64,000 nucleotides of DNA from assembly GCF_009914755.1 (NCBI RefSeq), contig NC_060937.1; one strand, written 5' to 3'. Shown here in pieces: positions 27,801-42,160 of this stretch. This stretch comes from the human T2T-CHM13v2.0 reference genome, Homo sapiens. The notes beneath the pieces were generated by a model. That model did not search any database. It was given only the letters and a program-made list of their open reading frames with translations, and was not told where the DNA came from. A program made the position numbers and the translations under genes. Each line of letters starts with the position of its first letter. Position 1 is the stretch's first letter.

Positions 27801-28639
27801 ATTCTGTAAAACAGCAGTAATAAAACTTTGAACTTCATGGAATTTGGTTGTTCAAGATTAATAAAACCTTAGGTAAGTTACCCTAGACCTTAGTTACTTG
27901 CCTGTTGTCTGAAGAAAAACCCAAACAATGAATTGTCCTAAGTTTAGAATGAATGTCTGTGAGTGGTATCTGGTGGCCTTCTAAGCCCTCTCTATTGTTT
28001 CTTAAACTCCAAAACCAAGCCCCTTCACCACCAACTGTGTCCATCTCAGACTGGCCCTATAGAAGCTAGAACCAAGATCAAGCTTACTGGTGAAGAATCT
28101 AAATTTCTTAAAGGCAAAGCACTACATCTTCATGTTTGTGTTGATTTCACACTTAACATAGTATCTTGTTTTACTTTTACTGATGAGACACCCACAAGGG
28201 CAATGAGGGAAATAAAACTAACCTCTTGAGACTTAACTGTAGAATCTTTATTAAATAGGCCAGAGCAAAGCGTTTATCTGATAGTAGAGAAATCCAATTA
28301 AATGATAGTAGAGAAATAAGTTATTAGTAAGTAGAGGCAAAATATGATAAATTTAAAATATTAAAAAGTAAAGTCTTAACAGAAAAATTCAGCATTGCCC
28401 TTCATGTGCTAAGAAGGAGGATTCTTAGTTGTAGACTTCCATATTTATGCATGATCACACTTTTCAACAATTTCATTTTCTTATTCTGATCCCATGTTCA
28501 CAAAATGAGATATCTTCAAAAAACTTATAACAAGTATAGCTTGAGCATCAACCAATGTAAGCTACAGTCAGTCTGAATGAAATCGGTTCTAAAATATGAC
28601 TATGATCTCATCAGTGGATACTGGCTGGACATTAGTTTT

Positions 28640-29086
28640 TTATTTTACTACTTTCCTAGGGCTGCTTTAACAAAGTAGCATAAACTGGATTGTATCAAAC
28701 AACAGACATTTTTTTCTATCCCAGTTTTGGAGGCTAGAAGTCTGAAATCAAGATGTAGGAACTATGCAGGACATAGTTCCTTTGGGACTCTGGGTAGAAC
28801 CCATCTTTGTCTCTCACTTGCTTCCATTGTTGGTAGTCAATCCCTGCTCTTTGACTTGAAGTTACATCACCTCAGTGTTTGCTTTGGTGGCCACCCGTTC
28901 TCCCTGTGCTTGTCTCTCACTTCGTCTTATAGGGACCGCTGTCTTATTTTTTAAGGGCCCATACTCCAGTATGAGCTCAAATTAATCACATCTACAAACA
29001 CCCTATGTCCAAAGAAGGCCACATGCACAGATGCCGGGGTTAAAATTGTGACATATCTTTTGGGAGGTGAAATTCAACCCATAAGA
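28640..29086 (-). mobile_element. MLT1C-like MaLR solo LTR
   Basis: ttcctagggctgctttaacaaagtagcataaactgg...ggaggctagaagtctgaaatcaag...aattcaacccataa. Confidence 0.85.
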
Positions 29087-29633
29087 ACAGTTACCAAGCA
29101 ACTATCTTTTTCCAGTGCCATCTCAGATATAACTTACTCCTGGGATAGAATGTATTACCACATGGAACTCCAGATTTGTTATTACTGATGTCCATGACTG
29201 TGAGTTACGTAAAAATCAATTTTCTAAGAAAGTTATCCATACATGTAGCCTTTTGTATTATGTGGCACCATGAGCAAATTCCTTAGACAACAAGCTTCCA
29301 GGACAGAACTTGGGTCTTAGAATGTTCTCTCAGGTACTAAATGTCCTGTTGAGAGGCCTTTCAGAAGATTGGAAATGCTTGTTAAAATTCTAGCTATAAT
29401 CTTAGTAGGGTGCAATTATTTAATGTACGGGTAATGTACATTTGTTGAGTACAGCAAATAAGAAAAGAATAGTTATCGGTAAAAAAAAAAAAAAAATTCT
29501 TGTCATTAAAATGGGAAACTTGTCAAAATCAAAATGAAGCTGATTGTATCAAGCTCTGACAAAATGGAGTCAGGGAACGCCATGAAGAGAGAGTTCTCAC
29601 GCGTAATTTCCTGATAACAAAAGACTCTGCCAA

Positions 29634-29719
29634 CAGGAGGCGGAGTTGCAGTGAGCCGAGATCGCGCCACTGCACTCCAGCCTGAGCGACGGAGCAAGGC
29701 TCTGCTTCCAAAAAAAAAA
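29634..29719 (+). mobile_element. Heavily 5'-truncated Alu (about 86 bp), CpG-rich
   Basis: ggaggcggagttgcagtgagccgagatcgcgcc...poly(A); TSD aaaagactctgccaa/aaaagactgccaa. Confidence 0.92.
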
Positions 29720-29916
29720 GACTGCCAAAATCGCAACCTTGCACAGAGGCCAGAGTACATTACACATGTTATACTTCTACAATGACATCCGCCCAGCAAC
29801 TACCCGTTTAATCTTGGACTGATACCATCCTTGTTATTGATTCTGGTAGCTAAGGATAATTGCTTAAAAATAACTTATGTAACCCTCTTCATTTTACCTT
29901 TAAAAACTTGTGTCTT

Positions 29917-30258
<342 letters not shown>

Positions 30259-30355
30259 TTATTACGGCACTGTATTTCCCATTGCAGTACTGACTCCCAG
30301 AGAAGCTCATTACCTTTGAATACTCTCTCTGTTGTCATTTTAAGTTGACATAAAT

Positions 30356-30374
30356 TGGTGTCAAGAAATGTGAC
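30356..30374 (+). other. Degenerate primer-binding site, tRNA-Leu type
   Basis: tggtgtcaagaaatgtgac, 5 bp after the 5'LTR, resembles TGGTGTCAGAAGTGGGAT (complement of the tRNA-Leu 3' end). Confidence 0.7.
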
Positions 30375-32984
30375 CTAAAGTGAGCTCACCTTGAAAGGAT
30401 GGGTGACTCCTGCAATTACATGCATTACCCACTAGAACCTTTCTGAGCTCTTGGTTTCCATGTCTCATCTTTTCTTACCTGGTGAGTAGTCTTCTCTCAG
30501 GCTGAACTCCCTCCTTATGGTGAGTTCTTTTGACTTTATTCGGGATCTGGTTGGGATAAAAGCTGCCTTAACAAAGGACACTGCATCCCTCTTGGACCAC
30601 AAAAGACTTTTTGTCTTTTCTGGCAAGCCCTTTCTGGTATAAGGACACTGATCTTCTGGATAATACTCTGGTTTTTGCAGAGTTTTTGTTCTGTCTATGA
30701 TGACCTCCTGTGTTCTCTGATAAATTCACATTTGCTTTTTTTTCTATGCACCTGGTTTAATATTTTGTTTGCTCTACATGCCTGGTTTAAAATTTTTGTG
30801 AGTACTCTTTTTTGGGGTATCATTTTGGTTTGCTTATGTGCATCTAGAAATAATTTGGCTCTTACATTTTTTTCCTTGCTTGTTTCTGAACATCTTTCTA
30901 GAGCAAAATTATTTTTTAAATGGTGAATATGGGATGGCCACTAGAGTGATCACCACCATCTATGAGGAACTTCTGTTTTTGAGGGTAAACTATTCTGTGT
31001 TGGAAAACATTGGGTATGGACAGGCAAAGTTACTACTAGGGCACTTGCCAGTCTCCAGAAAAATGCAGTGCAAATAGGAAAAACCTGGTCACAGGTCAAA
31101 CAACTAGAGCAAAGGTTACTTACGATTAAAAAAAAAAAAAAGTCCTGTGTCAGGTACACTTGTCAAAGCAAAACGCTTTGCCCAAACCCTGAAAATCTAG
31201 ATATAAATTATAGGATGTTTTTGTTCTTGAAAGATTAATGAGAAACAGAATGGAATCTTCAAATTCTAAGGCATGCTAAGTTGTCTAAGGACAAGCTTCT
31301 TTCAGAAACCTCAGCTTAATATACATACAAAATGTATAGCTTTTCTTCACACACATTTTTAAACCAATGGACAGGTTACACTAAAGATAATTTATGGCCA
31401 TTATGGGCACCATTTGAGCTCCCCAAGCTTATTTCCCTTAGCATTAATGAAAAACAAACAAAAACAAAAAAATGCAACTATAGGGTTAAACAGTCTGAAT
31501 GGTGCAGCAATATCTCTATTTCTCATTTTTTAAATTTCCTCTGAATCTGCTGACTTTTTTGCTTGTATTAAGACAAATCTGTGACTAAATTCATGGCAAC
31601 TTAGAGGTTTATTTTCCAGGCAGTTTTAACTGAAATATAACATTTAAGACTCATTTGAGACCGAACAGCCAAAAAGAGTAAAGAGGGTTATTTTAAACTG
31701 CTATGAAAACCGCTTTACTTCAAATTAGGTCCACGGCCTTTATAAGATTACCTAACAGGACAAATAAAAATCTTGAGGTTTAGCCACATGAACAGGTGAC
31801 GTTAACTTGTGCCATTTTGTTGGAAATATAATTTGGATCAAACTGTCTTTTATAAATTAGAGTGAGTTTATATTACTGTATTTTACTGTCTCATCACAAA
31901 AATTCTAAAATGAAAGGTATAAGATCTTTGTGTATATACATGTTTATGTGTTTTTATACATGTATTTTCTGTCTGCAATGGTAAAATCTCTTAAAGAATT
32001 CTATTCAAATTGGCTCAGTGATAAATGAGGACTTAGGCTAATTATACTTAAAACTTTAAAAATATACAGTAAGCCAGATGTCTTTTAGTTCACATGACTC
32101 AAGTAAATCTTTGGTAAATAAACTGTTTTTACATTTGTTGGTAAAAATAAAGATGAAGGTGTCTTCAGAGTTGTGAGCACACATGTTTTGTCTGGGTTTG
32201 CTGATCAGACAAGGTTATATATGTCTCTCCTAGAGAATTTAAGGTCATAAATCTGTACATTCAGCCTAAGAGCAAAATTATCTTTGTGTAACTTCTGATA
32301 AATTAGACTAATATAATATTGTTGGTTTCATGTAAACAGCTGTATCTTCTGAGTTATTGCAAAAATGCTCATATATTTTACTTTATCCTTACTTGGATCA
32401 TTAACATCTGATATTCACAAGCTATAAAAATGGTTAAGAGAACAATAATTTAAAATGATGACTAGCTTTGCCTAGTATCTCAGTTTTCATAAATAATTTA
32501 TGAATAATTGTTAAAAAATAACTTAATAGGTGTAAATGGAATAGATATTTATAAATGAACTTCTTATTCAATTTTTTATGTAATTTGATATCTTAAATTT
32601 ATGTTATTCTAAATTAAATAATACATATTTATAGAGTGCCTAGGTCATTTCCAAGTAAGTTAAAATACTAAAATGCTGATTGCTGAACATAGATTCAAGT
32701 TTATTTACTTTTGGATTCTTAAATTTTATTAAAAAAATGGAAAACACTTTGGTCTGTTGGTAAATATCTTCTATTCCCCATTGAAAATTTATTCTGTGAG
32801 AAGCACATATTTTTAGAAATTATAAAATATGTTTTCATAAAATGTTGAAATGTGACAGGTTACAATTTGCTTACTTATGTTTTTGCTGGAAATTAAATAT
32901 ACTGACAGTTACAATTTGTAATTAATATATATAATTATATATACAAAGTGTACCAGAAAAGTAAAATGTGCTATTGGCTAAAAA

Positions 32985-33145
32985 ATATGTGTGTATGTAT
33001 GTGGTATGTGTGTATGTATATATATACATACACACATACATATACAAATATATACACACACATATACAAATATGTATATATGACATGAGAATATATATGA
33101 CATATAAATGTGTATATATGACATGAAAATATATATACATGTGAC
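32985..33145. repeat. (TG)/(TA)/(CA) low-complexity repeat inside the ERV internal region
   Basis: Direct reading. Confidence 0.85.
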
Positions 33146-36100
33146 AAATATTTATGACATTAAAATATGTTTTCTATTTAAAAGGAATGGTTTTGTCTAC
33201 AGTTAGAGGTTATTTAAAGGTTATCTTAGAATATGAATTTAAGAATAAATTAAAAACAAGGCTAAAAGGAGCCAATAAGTAGGAGACAGATGCAAAGAAA
33301 GTTGTAAGTATGAAAATGTATTTCTGTTCAGGAAAGCTAAAAGAAAAAAGGGGGTGACTTTTGTCTGAGAAAGAATTTTGAGTAGTCTCTATAATAAGGA
33401 AAAAGATAAAATACATTTTTGTCCAAGGTAGAGTGGTTGGTTTTTCTAATTTTTAAAAAGCACAGGGCAAAACTGATGTCTTAAGCAAGTCATAGAATGT
33501 TTGAACAAGGTGTAGAAGATTCGAGCAAGTTATAAAAGGTCTGAGAAAGTTGTAAAAGGTTTATAAAATATGAATCTTATAAGAGGAATTTTATGTGTGA
33601 TCAAGTTGGCTGTAATTATTTGAAAGTTTTTCTAAGAATTATTAATATCAAAGTACAATAATGCAAAACCAGAATCTAGTCCCCTACATTTAAACAAGAT
33701 TTTCTTGGAAAATTGATCTGCTCTTAATTTTAAAAAATTTTGCAAGAGGTTTTAAATTTTTAATTCTGAAATTTGTTTAAAATTTCACCCATCTCCTGAA
33801 CTTCTGAACTACAGCTTTTTAATATTTTACATTTTCCATTTAATTCCATTTTGGTTTTCATTTAATTACCCTGATCAGGTTACGATTGCTATCTTCACTC
33901 AAAATAATAATTGTATTTCTCAAAATAAAATTTTCCTTTTAAAGCTTTTGATATTTATATCTCACAACTTCAACTTTTGCTGTATCTCATTGCACTTGAT
34001 TTGCAGGTCATGTGTCATTGCCTTCTGCTCTTCATCCTTCTCTCCTTGAAAAGATACCTTTTTGTGGGGCGGCTTGGCTGGAATAATGACTCTTTTGCTT
34101 AGCTTTTTTATTAGTTTCGGTAGCTTTTTCTTTCCCCAGTTCTGACTGTGCTATTGTGACGTGATGCTAAAAGTATTTGTGTCGATGGTCTAAGACAGTA
34201 CTGTCTTCCTCCAGTAACTTGATTCTGTACTACTGGCTTTTTTTTGGTATGTTTGAATTGTTCTTCATGACCAGGAAATTTCACATGCCTTTACTATTTC
34301 CAAGATTCATATACTCTCCTGCTCATGGTACTAGTTTTCTTAGTTATTTCTTCTACAATATGGTGTACATTTAAAACTTAGGGCATACATACTTCCAGTG
34401 TTTGATTGAATTAAAGTACATTTTCATCAGGTTTGACTTCCAGGATATCTAAATGGGCTTCCCATAAACAGAAGCAATCACACTACAGGACATTTTTCTT
34501 TATCATTTAAAAATTGGCCTACAAAAACAAAGATTTGTTTCATCAAGATTATTTTCTGTGCTTCTTGTCTTTAGTAAGTCTGTTTGATTGCTTAGCCAAA
34601 AATGAGTCATCTCTGTTAGAGGTCTGAGATTCTTTTTAAATATATGTAACTTTCTGTATTGGTTTTTGAAGTCTTTAAATTATCGTTCTGGTTAAACGGC
34701 TGGTTATTATTTCACAGTGACCTGTGATGCTATTTTAATCAAGTGTCTTAAAATTTTGACATCTTTGGCAAGCTTCCTAAGAATCAAAGTTCTAAATTAA
34801 GTCTTTCTAACTGCAAACTAACTTTTGGAATCTAATTGGGCCCCTAGAACTCTGAAGGTGTGTTTCTCACCTAAATATTAACTAACATGGCCCATTTACC
34901 ATGTTAGATTGCGTGGGAAGCATTGCCAAATGATAGAGTGATGCTAAATTTTCTTTAAGTTCTATTTATATAAATATGCTATTGATGTAAATGTCCTAAG
35001 GATTATGTAAAATGTATAGAAGTCTGATGGTCCTGGAGTGATGCTATCAGTCATGATGCTCATTGTTACCTTAAAATAATGTATGAAATAAAAATAATTG
35101 GAGTTCATTGTCAATTGCATCATTATAATAAACTCTTACCAGATTTTTAAGCATGGCTATTCTATCTCTTTTTCATCCACAGTTATTGTTTTAAGTCTTC
35201 TCTAAAGACATCAATAGTCAGATTCATGAAAAAATATTTCTAATCATTACTCTTAAATACAGGTTTATAATAACTTTAAGATCAGTGGATTAACTAAGAA
35301 CTTCCAGATCACTATTTTAAAAATTGATAAATTTGTGACACTGCTGAGAGAATAAATAAACTGATTTTTTAAATTATGAGTTTTACAGGCTATTTATTTA
35401 AAACATTACTGGTTCTTTACTTAAATGGGTTTTTTTCCCCCCCCTGGATTTAAGGTATCTATAGTTAACAGGAATTTGGTAAGTATCCTTTTCTGAACAA
35501 AATAAAAAATATTTACTTTTTCTCCCTATTTGATCTTTCCAAAATTCTGAAACTATTTCTAAGTATTCTTATTTTTATGTGAATAGGGTTACTTACATAA
35601 GTTCAATGGGAATCTGTTTCTTCTTGTAATAGAGTCTAATTGAAAATCTTGATTATGTTACCAAGGTATTGACTGGGATGTTATATTTAAATTGTTTCAG
35701 GTACTGCAGACAAAATCTGAAGTCTGCTTGGTTTGGCTTTCCGCCTTGAGAGGCTTTCTGGAGTCCAATTTGAGATTACTTATGTAGTCAATCATTATTC
35801 TTGCTGCACTTAGGTAATTAATCATGTCAAACTGGATAAAATTAAACTTTTACAAACAAATTTGTCTTACCAATTATCTTTGGCAAAAATCAGGTAGAGA
35901 AACATATTATTTTCTAAAGAAAACTATAATATACCTGTTATAAGATTGTAGCCCTGTGCATTGATTTTTGCATTTTTATTTTCTACTTGTAGACCAGACT
36001 AAATCTTGAGTTCTAGTTTCCTTCCATATGCTTGTTTTCTATGTAATTACCAAGAAAAAATTGCTTTTTTCTAAAGCACCTTAAGCTGAAGCTGGACAAT

Positions 36101-36238
36101 TTAATATAAATTTCAAGGAATAAGCTTCATACAGATGCCATAACCAGAGACGTTCAAACTGAAAACCACAATGAGAAATTGATGGCTTCATGTTGTGGAA
36201 AACTGTCCCTAAAACAATGGAACAAGATTTCCATTTTA

Positions 36239-36973
<735 letters not shown>

Positions 36974-37248
36974 GACTTTGAGATGATAGTCAATGCCTAT
37001 GGAAGAGACAAAATTGAACTTAACAATGGATTCCGACTAGTCTCAGCCTAAGACTTAATCCCTTTAAATCCCCTTTATTGCTGAAATCTGGCCAAAAAGC
37101 TCTTAACACTGACTCCTAGTTGCCAATCACTTTCCTCCAATGTGGTACCAGACCAACAACCAGGACAGGTCCATCCCTGCACCAAAAGACAATCGAAACC
37201 TAAACATAAGATGTTTGATCAGCAGTGCTTCCAGTGAAAGGTCTTGCT

Positions 37249-37261
37249 CAAAAGTGGGAAA
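37249..37261 (+). other. Polypurine tract of the provirus
   Basis: caaaagtgggaaa immediately before the 3'LTR TG. Confidence 0.7.
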
Positions 37262-37736
37262 TGTGAAATATGTCAAAATTAAAACAAAGTCATTTGTGTC
37301 AAACTCTGACAAAATGGAGCCAGGGAAGGCCATAAAGGGAGGGTATCATACATGATTGCCTGGTAACAAGAACTATCACAAAAGACTGGCAAAACTACAA
37401 CCTTGCACAAAGGCCACCACAACTTTACACAAAAAATACTTCTGTGATGACATCCACCCAGCAACCGCCTCTTCAACCTTGTATGGACACAACCCTTGTT
37501 ATTGATTCTTGTAGCGAAAGATAATTGTTTCAAAATAATTTATGTAACTTAAATATTTTATGCAAAATACAAAATTACACAAAATAATTTATGTAATTTT
37601 AAAATCTTCATTTTCCTCTGTCTCCCTGAATATGCCTGTAGTTGACTGTGGCACTATATTCCACATTGCAGGGTTCACTCTCAAATTAACTCATTATCTC
37701 TGATGATCATTTTTCTGTTATTATTTTACACTGACA
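37262..37736 (+). mobile_element. 3' LTR (MER65-like)
   Basis: tgtgaaatatgtcaaaatt...ttttacactgaca; homologous to the 5'LTR. Confidence 0.85.
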
Positions 37737-38222
37737 AGAAATACCATCCAAATAATAAGTCAGAAATGCATATGCCATTATAGCTTTGAGGTATATGACT
37801 CATTCCCAAAAATATGGCCTTAACTTTCCTACTAAGTGTACCTCAGACTTGTCACAGAAACAGAATAATGATAAAATCACTTTATTCAGAATGTATGAGT
37901 GTTTTATTTTTGTTACATAGTATATCAAAAACACTCAGTTAAGCAGTGACTAGGAAGTCATAAGAAAAGAGAGAGTCCCAGTCACCTCCAGTGATTTTTA
38001 AACTGTATTGCGTTTGGGATTCTAAGAGTCCCACTACTGTGACCCCATGACTCTCACGAGAGTCACAGCTTGGGGAGACCCTATTACTGATATTAGTTGG
38101 AGGTATTCCCAGTTATTTAAAAAAGAAAAGAAAAGTTAAAAACTCCTAATCTCAAGAATAATGACTGTGTACTAGAGTAAAAACAGAAGATTCTCCTAAG
38201 GCATCTATCATGCTCATATATT

Positions 38223-39765
38223 TGATGGCAGCAGTGGCCCATCTGGAGTGGCCACTGCGAAGACACTGGCTGCAGCAGGGGAGTGCAGCTGGGGCTGCAA
38301 GTGAGCTGGCGGGAGCCAGGGAGGTGGGAGCCCCACCCCCTTCCAAGTTGCCTGGGCAGGAGCTCTGCCTTTCCCAGCACAGCTGCAGCTGCCCAGCCAT
38401 TGTGGACCTGGGCATCCCTCCACTCTCGGGGGCCTGGAAAGCCTCCCCCACCCCTACCCCCACAAACTCAGAAGTGCTTGCTCTTGCTGCCTGGCCTCTC
38501 CCTGCTCTCAGGGCCCTCTCTAATTTTGGAACAAAGTTGTGGCCAAGCCCAGGCACTGTCACGACCTGGCCGGGTGTGGGCACACTCATGGTGGTGCTGA
38601 CACAGCAGCCCCCTGCTGACTCGGCCCACTCCAGACTTTGGACACTGACAAGCACAGGAGGAGGGCTGAGGGAGTGCTGAGGGCCACTTGGTGTGGGCCT
38701 GCAAGCACCCCTAGGCACAAACAGCCTAGATGCTGCGGATGAAATGTAGATGGCAGCAGGAGGCAGACAGCCTCCTGGGTGGAAAGGGGTGTGTCCCCAG
38801 TGAAGCCCCACCTTCAAGCCAGGGACAACCTGAAGCCTAGTGGCCGAACTGTCAGTTCCAGGTGGAGTCTGTGCCCGGAGTGAGAACTTATGGTGCTTTT
38901 TCCTGGCCTGTGCATGGTCACCCATGAACCCATCAGCACATACATTCTGAGCTCATAAAAACCCTGGACTCAGCCAGACTCAGGCAGATGTCAGGATGAC
39001 ATGGCTGCAGATAGGAGCTACCCACTGTGGATCTCATCCCTGCTGAGAGTTGTAGTCATCAGGATGACCTGCTTGCAGAAAGGAGCTGCCCACTTCAGCT
39101 CTCCTGAGAGCTGTAATGTGGCTCAATAAGGCACTTCTTCATCTTGCTCACTCTCCAGTTGTCCATGTACCTCATTCTTCCTAGATGTGGGACAAGAACT
39201 CAAGACCCACAGAATGGTGGGATTGAAAGAGCTGGTAACACAAATGGCTCAAACATGCCCCCTCTCTCCACATTGTGGGAAACAAGAAGGAGAGAAGAAA
39301 GGAGAGAAGAGCTGCAGCCCTTCAGGGAGCCTAGACCTAGGACCTCCCCAAGCCAGTGCTGTGACACCCACTTTAGGGCTCTGCAGTTCCTGGCATCTCC
39401 AAGCTTCCAGGCACCACTGTGTTCCCCGGTGCCTGCAGTGGAAGCCACTTGCAGGACACTTGGTCCAGCTGCAGCCTTGCAGGAAGCCGACGCCCATGCC
39501 AGTGCCTGGAGCTGCCTGCCCCACCACAGCTGCTTGCCTGGTTGTGTGCAGTGGCCAGACTCTGCGCTCGCTCTCTTACACACCCCTTGTCACTCTGCCC
39601 CAGGCTCACCTTTGGCAGCATGAGATCCAGGCCAGTAGCATGAGCTGAGCACAGCCTGCTAGGCTGAGCGGGCAGAACGAGGCCAGTGAGCAAAACTTGG
39701 GCAAAGACGCCACTGGCCATAGAGGTTCCCAACTGTAAAAGCAACACCTGAAGGATCCTGTGACA
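38223..39765 (+). mobile_element. MER52 solo LTR (ERV1), about 1.54 kb, GC-rich
   Basis: tgatggcagcagtggcccatctggag...gaaggatcctgtgaca; perfect 4-bp TSD TATT. Confidence 0.92.
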
Positions 39766-41974
39766 TATTTTCTTTTGTGTCTGGAGGAACTGGCTTTTTT
39801 AGACATTGAAATTGACAAAGAAATACATTTTAAGAATAAATATGTGCAAAATTATGAATAACAAAACAAATCAAACAAACAAAAAGACAAAGAACTACTA
39901 AGTGTGCTAAGGAATTTCACATGGTGAAGTATAAAGTTCTGGGTTTAATAAGATTTGGCTTTAAGCAGGTCTTTTATATGTTGTCCCAGCTTTGCTTTTG
40001 CTGAAACCATCTTAATTAAGTCATTAGAGAGAAGTAACTCTTTGTGGTAACTGAATATTTACATGCTTTTACATTTGTAAGAAGTTTCCAACACTGAACA
40101 AATAGTTAAGAAAAGTTAAGAGATTTACAAGATTTTTGTCCTACAGGAAGTGAAAACCTAAGGCCTTACTATATTGTTGGGGGAAAGCACTGCTTTGAAA
40201 GCTGAGCTATTTGCAGCAATAGAAAGCCATGTTACAAACATTAGGTAAATTAATAGGAATCTTTTCTGAAAATATTTGAGGAAATAGCTTCTGGCATCCA
40301 ATGTTGCTTTAAAACAAAAAAATAAAATCATTCTAGGCATTATCTATACAACAAGTTTTGTAGAAAAAATAACCCGTCTAGGATTTAGCAGCATTAGTGA
40401 TACAAAATAACTGTTAAAATGTATGTAAAGTGTTCCAACAATATTAATGAGAAAATCATTACAGTAAGTAAAATATCTTGATTCCAAATAGTTAAAAGTG
40501 TTGCTGTGTTAAAAATAATGTTAAAAGCTTTTTGCATTCCAAGTGCAAAAAGCTATACCTTGTATTAATTAACCTAAATATTCTTTGTCAGGCTTAGTAT
40601 CACAGCACTGAGGGCTGCCAGACCCATAACTGTGTGAAAGTCCTGAATTTTTGCCAGTTCTGGATGCAGTCTCATTAGCATATTCATAAGTCACAGCCTT
40701 GTGCAGGTGCCAGAAAGCTGCAAAATGTTTTGTGACTATTTGTTGCAGCAATAGAGGGAGATAGTAAATTAGTCTTAAAAAAAAAAACCTTTTATATAAA
40801 ACATAACATTTAATGCTGTAGAATAACTGCAAAGGCTTTTTGGTAATTACTCCATATCAAATGAAGCAATACTTTTTTCATGACTAATGTAAATAATAGG
40901 AATCCAGAGCAAAGGAAATATAATAGTGCTTTTCTTATAGTAGATGAATTAGAAATAAATTTGAGTTTTGTTAAGTGATCAACTTTTTCTAGGTAGACTA
41001 TTTCATGTTCAAGAGACAGAGTTGAAAATTTATATTCTTCATTAACATTGAATTCTTAATAGTTTATTTTTTAAATACCTTGAGTCCACTAAATAAAATG
41101 CTAGAAAATACTTTTTAAAAAATATAAGTACTACTCAATATTCAATCCCTTTTCAAATGAGTATGTGCACACACACACCTCCCATACACTTTTTAATCAG
41201 ATGATTGATTAGAAAATTGTCTTACTTCCTTTATCCATTTACTTCAGAAAAGATGCTGTCACAATAAAATAAAATCATTGTACCATAAGTGGCCTGAGAG
41301 GTTTTAGAACCGTTCCATGTTTCCGGAGTTTAAAAGAAAAGCCTACATACACTCATACATTTTCTGTTCTGTTGCATTTATAGAATCAGTGTCTTACATA
41401 CTCTGACTCAAACCTAAATAAAAAGATTTGTTTTATTTTGGTTTTTATTTTTACAGAATAAAGATGTAAGGAATGAAATCTGTCATTTTAGTTAACTCTA
41501 ATATTTCAATCCCAAAATATAGCATTGTTACAATATTGCTGTAACAAACATATATAATAAAAGTTTTCATCTTTAACATCTTGTGTATGTCTGCTTGTCT
41601 TTATGAGATATATATGCCTCAAACACATGGACATGTGTATACATACACACACACACACCTATGTGACACCATTTTCATTTTTGTACTGTAAGAAATAAGT
41701 TTCCAGCTTGAAGGCGCATGTAAAAAACTTATATTTGTATGAATATAAGTATATGAATAGAATGAAATGAAAGATATATTAGGATCATAATTGAAAATAT
41801 TATGATTTTTGTTTAGATTTCAGTTAAATTTAGTACACATTTTAGTTTGTAATGGACATTTGTATAATCTGCAAAGATTTCAGAAATTAAAAGGAAAAAC
41901 ATCAAGGGTGAGATCGATAGGCCTCATTTTTCTTTTTGTTATAGGCATATTGCAGCTTTATTCTTTGTGTTTTA

Positions 41975-42160
41975 CTTAGTTCAGTTTATTTCAGCAAATA
42001 TCTATTAGAGACTTTCCTATGTGCAAAACACTGTTAAATTCTGTGGAAATAAAATTACAAAACCCATTCTCTAAAGGAGCTTTACAGTGTAGTGAGGGAG
42101 ACAAATAATTAGCAAATTTTAAAATAATACAGAACACACTGTGATATAGTTATGCCAGGG
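41975..42160 (-). mobile_element. L2 3' fragment
   Basis: ttatttcagcaaatatctattagag...ctatgtgcaaaacactgtt...aaggagctttacagtgtagtgagggagaca. Confidence 0.7.

Noticed and set aside
38117-39818. Cluster of long overlapping ORFs (up to 257 aa) on both strands
   Set aside because: They coincide with the GC-rich MER52 LTR, where stop codons are scarce, and show no recognisable protein motifs
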